Below are positions 35,497-37,194 of a stretch of DNA of 37,194 nt, piece after piece. Each line of letters begins with the position of its first letter. Position 1 is the first letter of the stretch. The DNA is from Candidatus Thermofontivivens primus (lineage in GTDB: Bacteria > Sysuimicrobiota > Sysuimicrobiia > Sysuimicrobiales > Thermofontiviventaceae): NCBI GenBank assembly GCA_031458695.1, contig JAVKJW010000022.1, positions 1 through 37,194 of the forward strand. Reading direction: 5' to 3'. The translations under genes were made by a program, and so were the position numbers. The notes under the pieces are model-generated. The model saw only the letters and a list, made by a program, of their open reading frames with translations. It was not told the DNA's origin and did not search any database.

Positions 35497-37194
35497 TCAA
35501 GAGGGGCTTCCAGCGGAAGTCAAAGATGTTTGCTGGGCTACTTCCACAGGGATCCCCACAGCCTCCGCCACGAGCCCGGCGATATCCTCCACCACAATCC
35601 TGCCTTCGTTCCCAGAGGTTTTCACGGCGTCCGTGAACATGGCGTAGTCCTTAGGACAGGCGACGATGAAGTACTCTACTCCTAAGGCGACCGCCTCCCG
35701 GATGCGGTTCTCGCTCGGGCGTTCCTTTCCTGGCTCCTCGCTCATCCAGATCCGTCCTCCTCCCGCGCCGCAGCAGAAAGTGTTCTCCCGGTTGCGAGGC
35801 ATCTCCACGAGCTCCGCTCCCACAATCGCCAGGAGGCGGCGCGGGGCATCTGTGACCCTGTTGTAGCGGGCAAGGTAGCAGGGGTCATGGTAAGTGACAC
35901 GACGTCCCAGGGGCTTCTGGATGCTCAGACGGCCCTCCTGGAAGAGGCGAACGAGGAATTCCGTGTAGTGCACCACTGAGTACTCTCTCCCGAACTGCCG
36001 GTACTCGTTGCGCAGAGCGTTCAGGGTGTGGGGATCGGTGGTGAGGATGAGCTGATAGCTTGCCTGATCCAGGGCTCGGATGTTGTGTTCGGCGAGGATC
36101 TCAAAGAGCCCCTCCTCGCCCACGCGACGAATGTCGTTACCGGAGTTGCGTTCCCCGTCATAGAGGATGCCGAAGTCAACCCCCGCGTGGTGGAGGATCC
36201 TTGCCACAGTCCTCGAGATCTCCTGTACCCGCGGGTCGAACGAAGCAAAGTCGCCGACGAACCACAGAACCCCCACCGACTCCCTCCGAGCATCCTTGAC
36301 GGGGAAGGGGAGCCCCTTGACCCATTGCCCACGCTGCCTCTCCGGTTTCCCGAAGGAGTTGCCGTACTTTCCGAGCTTCACCAACACATCCTGGAGGTTC
36401 GGATCGGAGATCTCCCCCTCCTCGAGGAGGCGCCTGCGCAGGTTCACGATGTCGAGCATGGGTGCGTTCCCCACGGGACAGATGTGCACACAGCCAGAGC
36501 AGGTGGTGCAGGCCCAGATCGCTTCCTTGGAAATGGCATACTCCCACATGGGCGGGGAGGAAGCGCCGCGGCTGAACTCCCGGAGGTGGGCGTTGAGGTA
36601 GATGCGCTTGTTGATCTCCAGGGCAGCAGGGCTAAGGCTCTTTCCTACGGTATGGGCGGGACAGGCATCCTGACAGCGGTTACACATGATGCAGGCGTAG
36701 GCGTCAAGAATCCTCCGCCAGGGGAGCTCTTCTAACCTGGCCGCGCCGTTTCCCGCCTGGGTGATCTGGCCAGGAGGCTCCGGAAGCCCCAGGGTGAGGT
36801 TGATCGGAGCGAAGAGGAGGTGGATATGCTTGCTGTACGGGAAGTACGGGAGGAAGAGGAGGATGAGCCCCAAAGCCAGCCACCACGTAAGGTGGATCCC
36901 CCACACGAGAGCTCCTTCGGGAAGATCAGAGAAGAGGACAGATGCACTGCTGGCGAGGGGCTGCCAGGGGTCTGGGCCCTCAAGGGCAATCTTCATAGCT
37001 TGACCTGTCCACCGCGCGCCGACGTGCAGGAGGATAAACCCACCAACAATGGCAGAGTCTCGCCGGATTCCTTGTTCCACCCCAGGCAGGAGCACGACCT
37101 CCGGATTGAAAGCAAAGCTTGCTGGGTGGAACACGAACCGTCGCACGAGAAAGTACACCATGCCAATGATTGCTAGGACGCTGAGGAGATCGGC
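35497..37194 (-). CDS. Membrane-anchored heterodisulfide-reductase-related Fe-S oxidoreductase (FadF/EMO/HdrD-like), 5'-truncated by the window edge
   Basis: Frame open to the edge; NarI-like TM region ending YFPYSKHIH, CIMCNRCQDAC and CTTCSGCVHIC clusters, YHDPC...CCGAGGG...ACPKD CCG domain. Confidence 0.9.
   Translation of the reverse strand, partial: ADLLSVLAIIGMVYFLVRRFVFHPASFAFNPEVVLLPGVEQGIRRDSAIVGGFILLHVGARWTGQAMKIALEGPDPWQPLASSASVLFSDLPEGALVWGIHLTWWLALGLILLFLPYFPYSKHIHLLFAPINLTLGLPEPPGQITQAGNGAARLEELPWRRILDAYACIMCNRCQDACPAHTVGKSLSPAALEINKRIYLNAHLREFSRGASSPPMWEYAISKEAIWACTTCSGCVHICPVGNAPMLDIVNLRRRLLEEGEISDPNLQDVLVKLGKYGNSFGKPERQRGQWVKGLPFPVKDARRESVGVLWFVGDFASFDPRVQEISRTVARILHHAGVDFGILYDGERNSGNDIRRVGEEGLFEILAEHNIRALDQASYQLILTTDPHTLNALRNEYRQFGREYSVVHYTEFLVRLFQEGRLSIQKPLGRRVTYHDPCYLARYNRVTDAPRRLLAIVGAELVEMPRNRENTFCCGAGGGRIWMSEEPGKERPSENRIREAVALGVEYFIVACPKDYAMFTDAVKTSGNEGRIVVEDIAGLVAEAVGIPVEVAQQTSLTSAGSPS

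Overview
GC-rich bacterial chromosomal segment, probably from a diderm Terrabacteria-type organism (inferred from an SLH + beta-barrel OmpM/SlpA-like envelope gene). It holds about 35 CDS and no recognisable rRNA, tRNA, CRISPR array, integrase or transposase. The left half (1-17.7 kb) is housekeeping and hypothetical genes: pcm, a spermidine-synthase-like membrane protein, a TPR lytic transglycosylase, rlmD, a LacD-type aldolase, a radical SAM protein, an aminotransferase, coiled-coil repeat proteins and the SLH-porin, with several families of short palindromic repeats. The middle carries an XRE regulator, a VapBC-type toxin-antitoxin pair, a DtxR/MntR repressor divergent from a PhnDCE-family ABC transporter, lipB, a MalT-like STAND regulator and a Cro-like gene. 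The best candidate for an undescribed system is the minus-strand operon at 27.3-37.2 kb, which runs off the right edge. It encodes a membrane HdrD/FadF(EMO)-like Fe-S oxidoreductase, a wHTH protein, a Zn-finger protein, two LbpA-type lipoyl carriers, a lipoate:protein ligase, a fused 4Fe-4S/NrfD subunit, a TauE/SafE transporter and a Tat-less molybdopterin oxidoreductase, and it looks like a lipoate-dependent cytoplasmic sulfur-redox module. Other highlights are a DtxR-type box over the promoter of the 'phosphonate' transporter, an in-frame palindromic heptamer-repeat insertion inside the transglycosylase domain, a REP/MITE-like element abutting stop codons, and an operator plus structured leader upstream of the SLH-porin gene. 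All calls come from motif recognition by eye; no database search was run.
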